The notes under the pieces were generated by a model. The model saw only the letters and a list, made by a program, of their open reading frames with translations, made no database searches and was not told the DNA's origin. Shown one piece after another: positions 12,030 through 24,560 of a stretch of 64,000 nt of DNA. The stretch's first letter is position 1. Every line of letters starts with the position of its first letter. The position numbers and the translations under genes were made by a program. Origin of the DNA: Octopus sinensis (taxonomy: Eukaryota); contig NC_043004.1 of NCBI RefSeq assembly GCF_006345805.1, positions 100,254,001 to 100,318,000 on the forward strand, given 5' to 3'.

Positions 12030-13439
12030 TATGAAATGAATATGAGAAAGACAGGAGATAAAGTACAATTTATTCGTGATCAGAGGTTTTCGAAAACAGA
12101 GGTACTAACGTATTTTATTCGACTTAGCTAGCTTTGCTGGTATTGTCATAGCTAGCTTTATTTAACACTTAATAATTAAAGCCATGTCATTAATAGAACA
12201 ATTCTTGAACGATAAGAAACTTTGGTGAGAATTCCAGCTGTTTATTTATCAATTGATGGAGTCAAGTGCTGTTGAAGTCAATCAAAGTCGGTGGACGTCT
12301 CCAATTTATCCCAACAATATTATGTCAGTCCAATGGTCTAGTTTTAAAGTATCCGTGTGAAGAAGTACATACATTTAGGTCGTAGTTATGGTCGTGGTGA
12401 AGGTGGGAGCCTTAGTCATAGTGGTGTGCCGATAGTTAAGTGTAGGTGGTGTTGAGTGTGATAAAGAGGAGTGGGGGGGGAGATTAATGAGTTGTGGTTC
12501 TTTCGGCGAGGACGAACACAAGATGGTGAACAGATGGTGACGTTTTGTAAAACCGGCAAACTAATCATATAATGATGACTATGATGGTGGCTGTTGTAAT
12601 GAAGTGGGGGTAAGAGAGGAGGAAAGGGAGATGTTGACGATGTTGACAACAACGACAATTGTGATAAGGACCGTGGTGATGAGGAGGAAGGAGGACAGTG
12701 ATGATGATGAGGGAGAAGAGGGGCAGCGGGAGGAAAATGATTATGCGGGAGAGAAGAAAAATGATTATTGATATAATATTTTCTATCAGTAGTATTAATT
12801 GTTTATTTAATTGTTAAGCACTTGAGTTCTCTCAGTTGTTTTCAAGACCGAGCAAATAGGTGGCCATGCTGCAGCATTGCTTTATATGTTCAATATTTCG
12901 TGTCTTTTATGTCACCATTGCGCATAATATGAACCTTATGTTTTTACTAGGCTTTCGGTATACAAGTTGGTGGATCAAGGAATTGCTAGGTGCTCAGCAG
13001 TATTTGGCCCCTGCATTTGATAGGTGGTTGACATGATGTGCTACAGATGTCTTTTTGATTTCTCAGAGAAATTTCTAGCAAAGTTTCATCGACTTTTGGG
13101 GATTGAAGATGAATAAAGGCCTTTAAATGTCAATCTGTTGCAACATATGTTCCGGTTGAAAGAGTTTGAGGAACAGAAAATTATCATTTTACTGTGAGAC
13201 CCATTTCGCATGTTTGTTTACCTTCTTTATGAGCTACATTTCCAAATGATGATTTTAAGAGTCTTCTACGTACTAGGTACGGTGACACCTACTTGCGCAA
13301 GGTGCCATGCAGTGGGACTGATCTCTGAACCATGTAGTTAGGAGTCTTACCACACAGCTACACCTGCGCCCATATGCATGCTTTTCTTTTTTTACTTGCT
13401 GGTTGTGGAGGACGTAAACGAGCTCATGGCTTTTTCAGA

Positions 13440-13750
13440 CTCATTAACTGATGAGATTGATGGAATTAATGTTCACTTTGACCTTTCATTAGTCAATCTG
13501 AACGTGAGACAGAAAGAGGTGTAGTGGAAATCTAGACAGCCGACGTTCTGAGAAGGATGGACTTGACATTGCGTTGAAATTTTGAGAAGTGTGATGAGAG
13601 AAGTGGAGGCGAGTCGAACTGAAATGAGTGAATGTGGAAGGACCCTATTCGGCCCCGAGGAGTAGAGATCATTATTTTAGCGGTAGATGTATTTCATCCT
13701 CTGTCTCAAAAGGAATGGAATCTGTCTGTAAGCAACCATGTACTAATTAA
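13440..13750 (-). mobile_element. Old LINE 3'-end remnant (L2/CR1-like)
   Basis: Minus-strand translation fragments RTSAV* and NINSINL resemble the C-terminal region of this LINE group. Confidence 0.35.
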
Positions 13751-15058
13751 TCTGGTGGTATAACTTTGTTTAGATCAAGAACATGTTCAAAGCTTTAGAG
13801 TGTTCTCCTAACAATAAAATTACTGAGTCTGGTTAGAAAAGTATGATGATGACGATAGTGATGCTGACAATGCTGATAGTAGCGATCCGAATATTAGTGG
13901 TGAAGGTGATGTCAGTGGCAAAAAACATTAATATAAACGTCGGTTCAGGAGATCTTAGACCCTATGACTAAAACAAAATAAAGAACTACATATCAGGCAT
14001 AGCAATCTTACACATTCATGTCGATTTGATAGACAAGCAAGCATGTAGGTTGGAAAGATAAAATGGTGAGGAGATATAACTAGGTAGTCAGAGTGACAGT
14101 CAAACCTAACAACGTATACTTTATGAATCAGTATATTTAAGATGTTTTAACACAGACACGTTCTCTCAAAGGGAATTAGCTTATTTCTTCTTCCTTTCAA
14201 TTTGCATTTTAAAATCCTTTTTTTGCTTCTGTGTGTTATATGTGTATAATAGATGAAGAGATAATTTAATTAACGAGACATACTTTCGAAGCATTTGCGT
14301 CACAAGAAAGAAGGCTTGATAACATTTATCTTTCACAACCTGCTGTGTTACTTCTAATGGTATCAGATTCAAATGTACATGATGGTGTGTATGCATGTTT
14401 ACGTGTTCGTGCATACATGTATGTAGTTACGTGCGATACATATGTATGCATTTATGTGCGACAAATAATGGTGAAAATATAAAAAATTCTCGATGAAAAG
14501 TGTCAAATTTGATAATGAAAGATTAAATAAGTTGATCACCAAAATTTTAAGTAAATATAATAATCCAGTGAGTTATAATAGGGAAAAAATTTTCCCCGAG
14601 GAACTGTATATTCTTCTAAATCACTTGATAACGAAGCCCTGGCATGACAGCAGCCCAAAATCTCTAAACAGTAAATATTTTTAATGCTTTAACAGAATGT
14701 GAGCTCATGATGAACAACATTCAATAGAATGCTGTACAACAGCTAATACAGGCTTTAAAAGTTCAGCCATGAAACTAACCTTGAAATCACTTATAATGAA
14801 ATATATTTCGAGGAAATCGTTCAGTCTTTGTAGGAGTATCTATCATTACATTACCTAATGCAGCCTTCTTCTTTTGATATGATTAGGTGTGATATGAAGG
14901 AAATTTTGTGCCTATTTCTAGAAAGTCGTGTGCTCTTGCAGAAGCTTTGAGGGACCGGTTAATGCCTTGCAAATGAATTTAGGAAGCGGAGGGTTTGTGG
15001 ATATTTGTTTTATATATATATATATATATGTGGTGTGTGTGTGTGTGGTGTGTGTATG

Positions 15059-15094
<36 letters not shown>

Positions 15095-15120
15095 ATGTAT
15101 GTATGTATATATATAAATGT

Positions 15121-15171
<51 letters not shown>

Positions 15172-15825
15172 ATATAAATAAAAGACGCATGCATATATAT
15201 ATGCATACATATATGTATATATGTACGTATTTATTTATGCGTATGTATATGTGCCTTGTACATGTGAGAGAGCGAGCGAGCGAGAGAGAGAGAGAAACTC
15301 ATAACATAGTTACTCGAAGAATTCTCATGAGGTACGTATAAAACTCAAAATTAATTTCGGTATCGACTTTCTAGATGAAACACATTAAGCCTGCAACCTC
15401 ATGACTGAAACAAGTAAAATATATGTATATAATGTAATATGTCTCGGCCAGACCTTTTTTCTAAGCTGTTGTGGACATTTCACTCATTTATAAAAGTGTT
15501 ACACGATACTTTATACATATTTTTCTAAGTTCACCCCTAAAATATACTATTTTCATATGTTATGATATATATATCGTTACTATTATGCAAAGTCCCAAAC
15601 GTTGCTTTTTTCAGAAAAGGAAGAAATGGTTTCACCATTCCATAGCAAGTCCGTTCAACTACACTTCGACAATTTTTTGATATCTTGGCATCTGAAGCAG
15701 CTGGTGATGCAATAGTGTGAACAACAAAAAAAAACGGCTATTGCAAGCAAAAATAAATATAGAAAAAACGCATTTAGCCAAATTTGGACATACGACAGTT
15801 TAACATAATAGCAACGATATATATA

Positions 15826-16893
15826 TCAGTGTCTGTCGTTACGTTCTCAGTTCAAATTCCGCCGAGATCGACTTTACCGTTCATCCTTTCGGGGTCGATA
15901 AATTAAGTACCAGTTGTGTACTGAAGTCGATCTAATCGACAGGTTCCATCCCCTAAAATCGTTAGCACGACGGGTGAAATGCCTAGCGATAATTCGTCTG
16001 CCGCTACGTTCTGAGTTCAAATTCCACCGAGGTCGACTTTGCCTTTCATCCTTTCGAGGTCGATTAAATAAGTACCAATTATGCACTGGGGTCGATATAA
16101 TCGGCTAATTCCCTTTGTCTATCTGTGTTTGTCCCATCTGTGTGTAGCCCCTTGTGGGCAGTAAAGAAATAGGTATTTCGTCTGCCGTTACGTTCTGAGT
16201 TCAAATTCCACCGAGGTTGACTTTGCCTTTTCTCCTTTCGGGGTCGATTAAATAAGTACCAATTATGCACTGGGGTCGATATAATCGGCTAATTCCCTTT
16301 GTCTATCTGTTTGTCCCATCGTGTGTAGCCCCTTGTGGGCAGATAAATAAGGGAAAATTATTTCGTCTGCCGTTACGTTCTGAGTTCAAATTCCACCGAG
16401 GTTGACTTTGCCTTTTCTCCTTTCGGGGTCGATAATTAATTCCCAGTTACGAACTGGGGTCGATATAATCGACTTAACCCCTTTGTCTGTCTGTTTGTCC
16501 CATCTGTGTGTAGCCCCTTGTGGGCAGTAAAGAAATAGGTATTTCGTCTGCCGTTACGTTCTGAGTCAAATTCCGCCGAGTCGAGACTTTGCCTTCATCC
16601 TTTCGGGGCGATAAATTAAGTACCAGTTATGAACTGGGGTCGATATCGACTTAACCCCTTTGTCTGTCCTTGTTTGTCCCATCTGTGTGTAGCCCCTTGT
16701 GGGCAGTAAAGAAATAGGTATTTCGTCTGCCGTTACGTTCTGAGTTCAAATTCCACCGAGGTTGACTTTGCCTTTTCTCCTTTCGGGGTCGATAAATTAA
16801 TTCCCAGTTACGAACTGGGGTCGATATAATCGACTTAACCCCTTTGTCTGTCCTTGTTTGTCCCCTCTATGTTTAGCCCCTTGTGGGCAATAA
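15826..16893 (+). repeat. Head-to-tail array of ~180-bp SINE family B units (5 units plus an upstream partial copy)
   Basis: Repeats of TTCGTCTGCCGTTACGTTCTGAGTTCAAATTCC...AAAGAAATAGGT starting at ~15993, 16175, 16361, 16541 and 16720. Each contains the B-box GAGTTCAAATTCC. Confidence 0.92.
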
Positions 16894-17217
16894 AGAAATA
16901 ATATATATGTGTGTGTGTTTGTGTGCGTGTATGCATCTGTGTATAAACATACTTCCACACATGCATTTACATAACGCCGTTTTTTAAAATTAATTTTCAA
17001 CTCTTCTGTTCTTCCTTCCGCTAATTGTTTTAGACCTCCTGTTTATTCGTCTCTTATGCCAGCTATACTTAATTTTCAGTGCAAAGCATAATGATGTCAA
17101 AATTAAAGAAACCTGTCCTTTCAATTTGAATTTTTCAGTTACTGAAATGTGAAGCAGGAAACACGCAATAATGACGAAAGGGTGCTTCCGCTTCGAACAG
17201 ACATTTCATTCACACAC

Positions 17218-17266
<49 letters not shown>

Positions 17267-17346
17267 CACACACACAAAGCCATACACGCATAAACACACA
17301 CACAAGCACAGAAAGGAACACACACATTCACGCACACGGACTTACA

Positions 17347-17426
<80 letters not shown>

Positions 17427-17661
17427 CGCATATATATACATATCATATATATACATACATATATAAATACATACATGTATGTATATATCTATGTATATAT
17501 ATATATATATATGTGATTTTATATATATATATATATAGATAGATGGATATATATACATACATGTATGTATACATCTATGTATATATATGTGTGTGTGATT
17601 ATATATATATATATAATATATATATATATATGCATATATTCATACATGTATATATGTATAC

Positions 17662-17704
<43 letters not shown>

Positions 17705-18195
17705 TATACATATATAGTTGTGTAGTTGTGTACGCGTATTTGTGCGTACGCGTGTGTGTATGTTTGTGTTTATGTGTGTGTTCGTGTATGTGTGTGTGAA
17801 TGCGTATGTGTTTTAACAAGATTTGCCATTTTTGTTACCAACGAAGCAAAAAGTGTTCAAATTCTCTAAGCAAGGTGTATAATATACAATAATTGTTGAG
17901 TTTTAATAGTCCTTAATGTAGTGACTTAATGGAATATCCGTGATAATGTTAAAATAAGTACAGGGATGGCCAAGGAAGTCGCTTTACCTATCTTTTATTT
18001 ATTTGAAATGGATCAAGCGACTTATGGCCATATCTGTATACATCTTTGATACCACATCTGTTACAACGACGAGAGTTCCAGTTTATTCGATCAGCGGAAC
18101 TGGCAAGTGGTTGAGTATTCCAAAGTCGCGCGTATCCTTTACGTTGTTCTCGGGGAGATTCAGCGTTACCCAGAATTCTTCTTTTATTCTGTTAC

Positions 18196-18530
18196 TTTTA
18201 TTCTCATACTTGTTTCAGTCATCTGACTGCGGCCATGCTGGAGCACCAACTTAAAGGGTCCTTTAGCCGAAGAAATCGAACCCAGGACTTATACTTTATC
18301 AGCCTAGTTCTAATTCTGTCGGTCTCTTTTTGCCGAATTGCTAAGTTGCGAGAACGTAAACACACCAACATCGGTTATCAATTGACGGTTCGTGGAAAAA
18401 CGCAGACACAAAGACCCGCACATAAGTATATACACACACACAAACACACACACACATACACAAAACACACACACACACACACACATACACACACACACAC
18501 ATATATATGTATATATATATATACACACAC

Positions 18531-18569
<39 letters not shown>

Positions 18570-18738
18570 AATATACACATATTTACGACGGGCTTCTTTC
18601 AATTTCCGTCTACCAAATCCACTCGCAAGGAATTGGTCAGCCCGAGCTATTATAGAAGACACTTGCCCAAGGTTCCGCGCAGTGGGACTGAACCCAGAAT
18701 CATGCGGTTGAGAAGCAAGCTTATCATCACGCAGGCAC
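18196..18738 (-). mobile_element. SINE family A (tRNA head, internal (TA/CA)n, tail ...GGTGCTCCAGCATGGCCGCAGTCA...TGAAACAAGTAAAAGAG)
   Basis: Matches the other family-A copies in this window. Confidence 0.9.
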
Positions 18739-18799
18739 ATTCATACACACACACACATATGCATATATATGTATAAATATATATGTATGTGTGTATTTA

Positions 18800-18835
<36 letters not shown>

Positions 18836-18861
18836 TGTATGTATGTATGTATGTATGTATA

Positions 18862-19075
18862 TGGTTGTGTGCCTGTGTTTGTCCCCCGCCATCGCTTGAC
18901 AACTGATGTTGGTGTGTTTACGTCTCCGTAACTTAGCGATTCGGCAAAATATACCGATACAATAAGCACTAGGCTTACAAAGAATGAGTCCCGGAGTTTT
19001 GATCCGTTCGTCTAAGAAGCGGTGCTCCAGCATGGCCGAAGTCAAATGACTGAAAGAAGTAAAAGAGAAGAAGAG
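18862..19075 (+). mobile_element. SINE family A, 3' half
   Basis: GTGCTCCAGCATGGCCGAAGTCAAATGACTGAAAGAAGTAAAAGAG tail. Confidence 0.85.
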
Positions 19076-19188
19076 CATATATATGCGTGTGTGTCTGTGC
19101 GTGTATGTGTGTGTATATATGTAGACATAAACATATATACATATGTATGTATATACATATGTATGTATCAATTTACCCTAGAAGATAT

Positions 19189-19262
19189 GCGCCGACGGTA
19201 TTCGAACTCTTGGCTTTGCAATCTGGAGTTGAATACCTTAACCACTTATTCAAGCACCTTGG
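19189..19262 (-). pseudogene. tRNA-like SINE head or tRNA pseudogene fragment
   Basis: A-box-like AAGTGGTTAAGG and B-box-like GAGTTCGAATACC, but no clean cloverleaf. Confidence 0.3.
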
Positions 19263-19705
19263 TAATATACACCAATTCAAGAAGAATATACCCTAATCGG
19301 AATATTTCCATCTATAGGAAACAAGTAATATGAATGGATGTTATGATCTAATAATACGGATAGATGTTCCGGTAGTACCAGAATACTCATGTTTCATTGG
19401 TAGATGATTAAAATAATGTTCATTTGTCCATTAGAAATTTATTTCGTCTGAATCATGATGATGCAGTTGCGACATTTAGTGGCGTAAGTTCAAGAGAATC
19501 GATAGAGAGTTCTTTGCTGGTTGGTGTACCATCTGCACTTGAAAAGCATGCGGAAAGGAAAGGGTGACAACATTAACTACATCTGCATGTAGATGCGTGC
19601 ACACAGTCTGAGTGCACGCACGTTCATGTGACTGTGTGCCTAAATCAATATTACATGTACATATCTAAGCGCGAACACACACACAGGCACACACACACAC
19701 ACTAT

Positions 19706-19756
<51 letters not shown>

Positions 19757-19887
19757 CACATATATTTATAAACAAAACATTCAAACACTAAATTTTGAGA
19801 TAGGGTCACTATTAATATCAACTGTGTATAAAATCTTGGTGCTTCACAGTGGTTTAATTAAGACTTTAGCTCTTGTTTCTTATTTCT

Positions 19888-20282
19888 TCATTGCCCACAA
19901 GGGGCTAAACATAAAGGAGGAAAACAAGGACAGACAAATGGATTAAGTCGATTACATCGATTCCAGTGCGTAACAGGTACTTATTTTATCAACCCTGAAA
20001 GGATGAAAAGCAAAGCCGACCTCGGCGGAATTTGAACACAGAACGTAACGGCAGAATAAATACTTATTTCTTTACTACCCACATGGGGCAGACACAGAGG
20101 GGACAAACCGATCAAGTCGAAGACATCGACCCCAGTGCACAACTAGTACTTAATTTATAGAACCCGATATGATGAAAGGCAAAGTCGACCTCGGTGGAAT
20201 TTGAACTCAGAACGTAACGGCAGACGAAATACCGCCAAGCATTTCGCCCGGTGTGCTACCGTTTCTGCCAGCTCGCTGCCTT
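19888..20282 (-). mobile_element. SINE family B dimer
   Basis: A full head (GGCAGCGAGCTGGCAGAAA...) followed by a second unit joined through the same tail-to-body junction as the 16-kb array. Confidence 0.85.
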
Positions 20283-20332
20283 ATTTCTAGTAGGTTGATG
20301 CTTTTCTGCATCCTTACGCTTCGTGCTGATTT

Positions 20333-20391
<59 letters not shown>

Positions 20392-20603
20392 ACACGTGCA
20401 TACATATATACGCACACATTACATTTATATTTGTTTTATGTCATGCTATAATGAAAGCGACTTAATATCAAATTGTGAAATTACTCAAAATTTTTTTCAG
20501 TATTTATTTATATATAACCAAATCAATTTGACGAACGGGAACGCGAAACTCTGAGTGCAGTCTTTGTGATGTCTTTGCAACTTTATTAATAAATATATAT
20601 ATA

Positions 20604-21043
20604 GGCGCAGGAGTGGCTGTGTAGTAAGTAGTTTGCTTACCAACCACATGGTTCCGGAATTAGTCCCACTGCATGGTACTTTGCGCAAATGTCTTCTATT
20701 ATAGACTCAGGCTGACCGAAGCCTTGTGAGTGGATTTGGTAGATGGAAACTGAAAGAAACCCATCGTATATATATATTATATATATATATGTGTGTGTGT
20801 GTGTGGTGTGTGTGTGTGTGTGTATGTTTGTGTGTCTGGGTTTGCCCCCCCAAAAACAAAATAGCTTGAGAACCGATGCTGGTGTGTTTACGTCCCCGTA
20901 ACTTAGCAGTTCGGCAACAGAGAACGATAGAATAAGTACTACGCTTACAAAGAATAAGTCCTGGGGTCGATTTGCTCGACTAAAGGCGGTGCTCCAGCAC
21001 GGCCGCAGTCAAATGACTGAAACAAGTAAAAGAGTAAAAGAGA
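20604..21043 (+). mobile_element. SINE family A, full length
   Basis: Head GGCGCAGGAGTGGCTGTGTAGTAAG (A-box), B-box-like GGAATTAGTCCC, tail AAAAGAGT repeats. Confidence 0.92.
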
Positions 21044-21132
21044 CATATATATATATATATATATATATATAGTAATGCGATACGAAAGTATTGCTTTCCA
21101 GTAAAGAATAGCCCGTGAGGGAAAATTATACA

Positions 21133-21240
21133 TAGAATAAATATATGGCACAACGAAGTACCGATATTTACTGGAAAATAGCGAACGTACGTTCGCTATT
21201 TTCCAGTAAATATCGGTACTTCGTTGTGTCATATATTTAC

Positions 21241-21245
<5 letters not shown>
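21133..21245. repeat. ~112-bp palindrome with no spacer
   Basis: Centre GCGAACGT|ACGTTCGC at 21188/21189; arms CACAACGAAGTACCGATATTTACTGGAAAATAGC and its reverse complement. Confidence 0.92.
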
Positions 21246-21274
<29 letters not shown>

Positions 21275-21384
21275 AGAGAGAGAGGGAAGGAGGGGAAGAG
21301 AGACACGCAAATTGAGGAGAAGCAAATTTGACAAGTCAGTATATTAAACACATGAAATACAAAATATATATGTATAAATATATG

Positions 21385-22823
21385 TTTCTTTATTAGCCAC
21401 ACAGGGCTGCACACAGATAGAACAAATTACAAGGTAGAGCTTTTCTTTTGAAGGTTTAAAAAAAAAAAAAAAAAAAAAAAAAGGAAGGGGGAGTTTCGAT
21501 CAAAAGGGATCGTAAAAGGAGAGAAAGAGGACAAAAAAAAGGGGGGTTAAAAAAAAAAAAAAGGGGGAGAGGAAAAAAAAAATGATCAATAGCGATCGTT
21601 ATCACAGAAATGTCAATATGAAGTGTAAAGGGGAGGACAGGTGAGGTTTACCCGTGGAAAGAAAAGCCTACGGAAAAGACCACGGTAACCTCGGTCAATG
21701 AAGTCACATTTTATATTTCTTTTTTTTTTTTTTTGCAAATAAGCAACTCTCTGTTTTCGATTTCTGGGTTCATAGGACTATGCTCAAGGTGGCTTCGTCA
21801 TTCATACGTGCCATTCTTGCTACATTCACCCATCTTTTTTTAAAACATTCGCTAGACAAAACTTGCCTCTCTACTCTCACTTTCCTTTTCAAGTGGTACT
21901 TGAAGAAGTTGATGAGAGATTGACCAGAGAGGAAAGTGTTTGTCTCCAATCCTTTCAGACGCGTCCACCAGATACATTCTTTCGCCATAGCCACAAGGAT
22001 GATGAAAATAGCTCTTCTTTCTCGTTTGAAGGAAGGAAGCGTGACAATATTGACGATAGACTCAGCTGATAAACCGACTCGTCCCACACGTGACAGCAGT
22101 TGTTCGACATAAGCCCACAGGTCGGAAATTGTTGGACACTGAACGAGTGCGTGCAGAACGGTTTCGTCGCTCTGACCGCATCTCGGGCAGGTCGGCCCCG
22201 TGTTTCTCGAGCCGTGTCTGTAGAGCTTATCCCGAACGGGTAGCGCTTCTCGGTAGCACTGCCAGGCCAGGGATCTCTGGAAGTTGTCCATGGGCCCTGG
22301 CCCGAAAGTCGTCCCGAACAGGCGGGTCAGGTACTCCTCGTCGACGTCCAGGTTCGCCCCGAGCTCGTCGTCGTACCTCCCCTCCATAAACCCCTATAGA
22401 ATGCTTTGGTTGTGTTGAAGTCACTTAAGGTCGACCCAGGACGGCAGAGTTGCTTGAGAGCAACGCGACACTCGCGGTGCCATTCGCCCTTCCTCGGCCT
22501 CTTTTTGATCCACGACTGCAGTTCGGTCATGGAGACGAGCTGCGGGAAAGCGTGCCTCACAAACGGCGACCACACCTGTTCACCGTCGTCTACATAGAGC
22601 AGAGATGTCGCAGTCTCAGCGCGTGTCTGCGCATCATCAACCACGGCATGCCCAGCCCTCCTTTTAACGGGTGTTGACAGCAAATGGATCGCCTGACCAT
22701 CGGGACGCATCCTTTCCACAAGAAGCGAAAGAGGATGCGTTGTAGTTTGGTGATGGTAGGGTCGGGACAAGGTACGACGGTCAGGCGGTAGTAGATGACG
22801 GACGCGATGTACGTGTTCGCCAA
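21385..22823 (-). mobile_element. Tx1-type (L1 clade) LINE 3' fragment: post-RT region, zinc-binding domain and 3' UTR; two frameshifts
   Basis: ORFs give ILFRFLWKG...HPLKGGLGMP and WQCYREALPVRDKL...CPRCGQSDETVLHALVQCP (zf-RVT-like CxxC..H..C). GC-rich; AATAAA near the 3' end. Confidence 0.9.
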
Positions 22824-23172
22824 AAACGTCCTTCATATACAGAGTACAAATGATATAGAGAACTAAAGTGGTGGAAGAGAGTATTACAAAACCAACAGCT
22901 GTTTCTGGGTCTCGGTTATCCATAAGAGTGTTTTTAGATTAATTCCATCCAGAGAATCCCGTTGTATGGTACGAATGCATTCTGTTATAGTGTGTGTGTG
23001 CACGCGCACGTGTATGTGTGAGTGTGTGTGCCTCTGTGTGTGTGTGTGTGTGTGTGTGTGTAAGTGTGTGTTTGTTTGTGTATGTGTTCACCTTTCTTGC
23101 AAAATTATATGGATTTTAAGATATTTAGATAGATATGTGTCTATGTATGTATATATATATATATATATATAT

Positions 23173-23450
23173 CCTTCGAAACGTAGAGTAGATGAAACTT
23201 TTAGCGACTGAAGAAGGGTTTTTTTCTTTGTGTTACTTGTCCTGTACTCTATTTTTTTGCTGTTTTTAAAAAAATGTCCAGTTCCTTTTGCTTGTGTCTA
23301 TGTTTTCGTTTCTCATTGTGTTCGACGTCTTTTTGGTGTCCTGTACACATATATGCGTGTATATGTACATGTAGAGGTAGGTACGTAGATATATGTTTAT
23401 ATATATGCATATGTTTTATTTTATTTATTAATATATTATATATATATATG
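23173..23450 (+). mobile_element. Copy of an unclassified non-coding element; second copy at 47545-47784
   Basis: GCGACTGAAGAAGGG...CTCATTGTGTTCGACGT...GTAGAGGTAGGTACGT is shared by both loci; TA tracts flank it. Confidence 0.7.
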
Positions 23451-23919
23451 CTTGCTTGTGTGCCTGTGTTGTGATGTGTATATAGTTACAGAATAGACAC
23501 GTTTACACGTAATAGTGTAGAATAGGAATCGACCGTGCCCCAGTATGAATGGAAGCGCTCAATCCATTTAAAAAAGCGTGTGCTGTATTGTAATACATCA
23601 GCTCTACATGCTGGGATCTGCTAGAGTGAATTCCGTTGTAACAGGCCGTGATAAACGAAGAGTCGCTGTTAGTTTTCATTGCTTGCTCTTCCTGTTGAAC
23701 AACTAATTCAAAACACAAAGCGATGTGAATCCTTGAACTCACAGAGATTTCTTGGGATTCATTTATAATCTATCACAAAGAACGAGGCAGAAAAAAAAAT
23801 TACGTTTGCAGAAATATAATGCAAGGAAATAGCAATAAAATATAAAGAAAATATTTTCAAGAAGAGAAAATAAATTCTAATTTATAAATTAAAATATTAA
23901 CAATACCATTACTACTATT

Positions 23920-23948
23920 GAAGATAATAATAATAATAATAATAATAG

Positions 23949-23986
<38 letters not shown>

Positions 23987-24090
23987 TAATAATAATAATA
24001 ATGATAGTAATAATAATAATAATAATGATAATAATAATGATAATAATAATAATGATAATAATAATGATAATAATAATAATAATAATAATA

Positions 24091-24125
<35 letters not shown>

Positions 24126-24135
24126 TGATGATATG

Positions 24136-24173
<38 letters not shown>

Positions 24174-24488
24174 TAATAATAATAATAATGATAATAATAA
24201 TAATGATAATAATAATGATAATAATAATAATAATAATAATAAACATAATAATATAATAATGATAGCTAATAATTAATAATAATAATTGATAATAATAATG
24301 ATAATAATAATAATAATGATTAAAATAATGATAATAATAATATAATAATAATAATATAATAATAATAATAATAATAATAATGATGATGATAATGATAATA
24401 ATAATAATAATAAATAGTAGTAGTAGAAGTAGTAATAATAATAAGTAGTAGAAGTAGTATCAGCAGCAGCAGTAGTAGTAGTAGCAGC

Positions 24489-24522
<34 letters not shown>

Positions 24523-24560
24523 TAGTAGTAGTAGTAGTAGTAGTAGTAGTAATAATAATG
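23920..24560 (+). repeat. (AAT)n/(GAT)n/(AGT)n trinucleotide tract
   Basis: Directly visible. Confidence 0.98.

Noticed and set aside
12830-13270. Possible R4/Dong-like LINE remnant on minus
   Set aside because: Only vague peptide resemblance across several frames; not supportable without a search.
15993-16893. Regular ~180-bp array as CRISPR-like
   Set aside because: Whole units are repeated with no unique spacers, the units match a dispersed SINE, and the context is eukaryotic.
19189-19262. Functional tRNA gene
   Set aside because: A- and B-box-like motifs are present but no acceptor or anticodon stems form; treated as SINE-derived.
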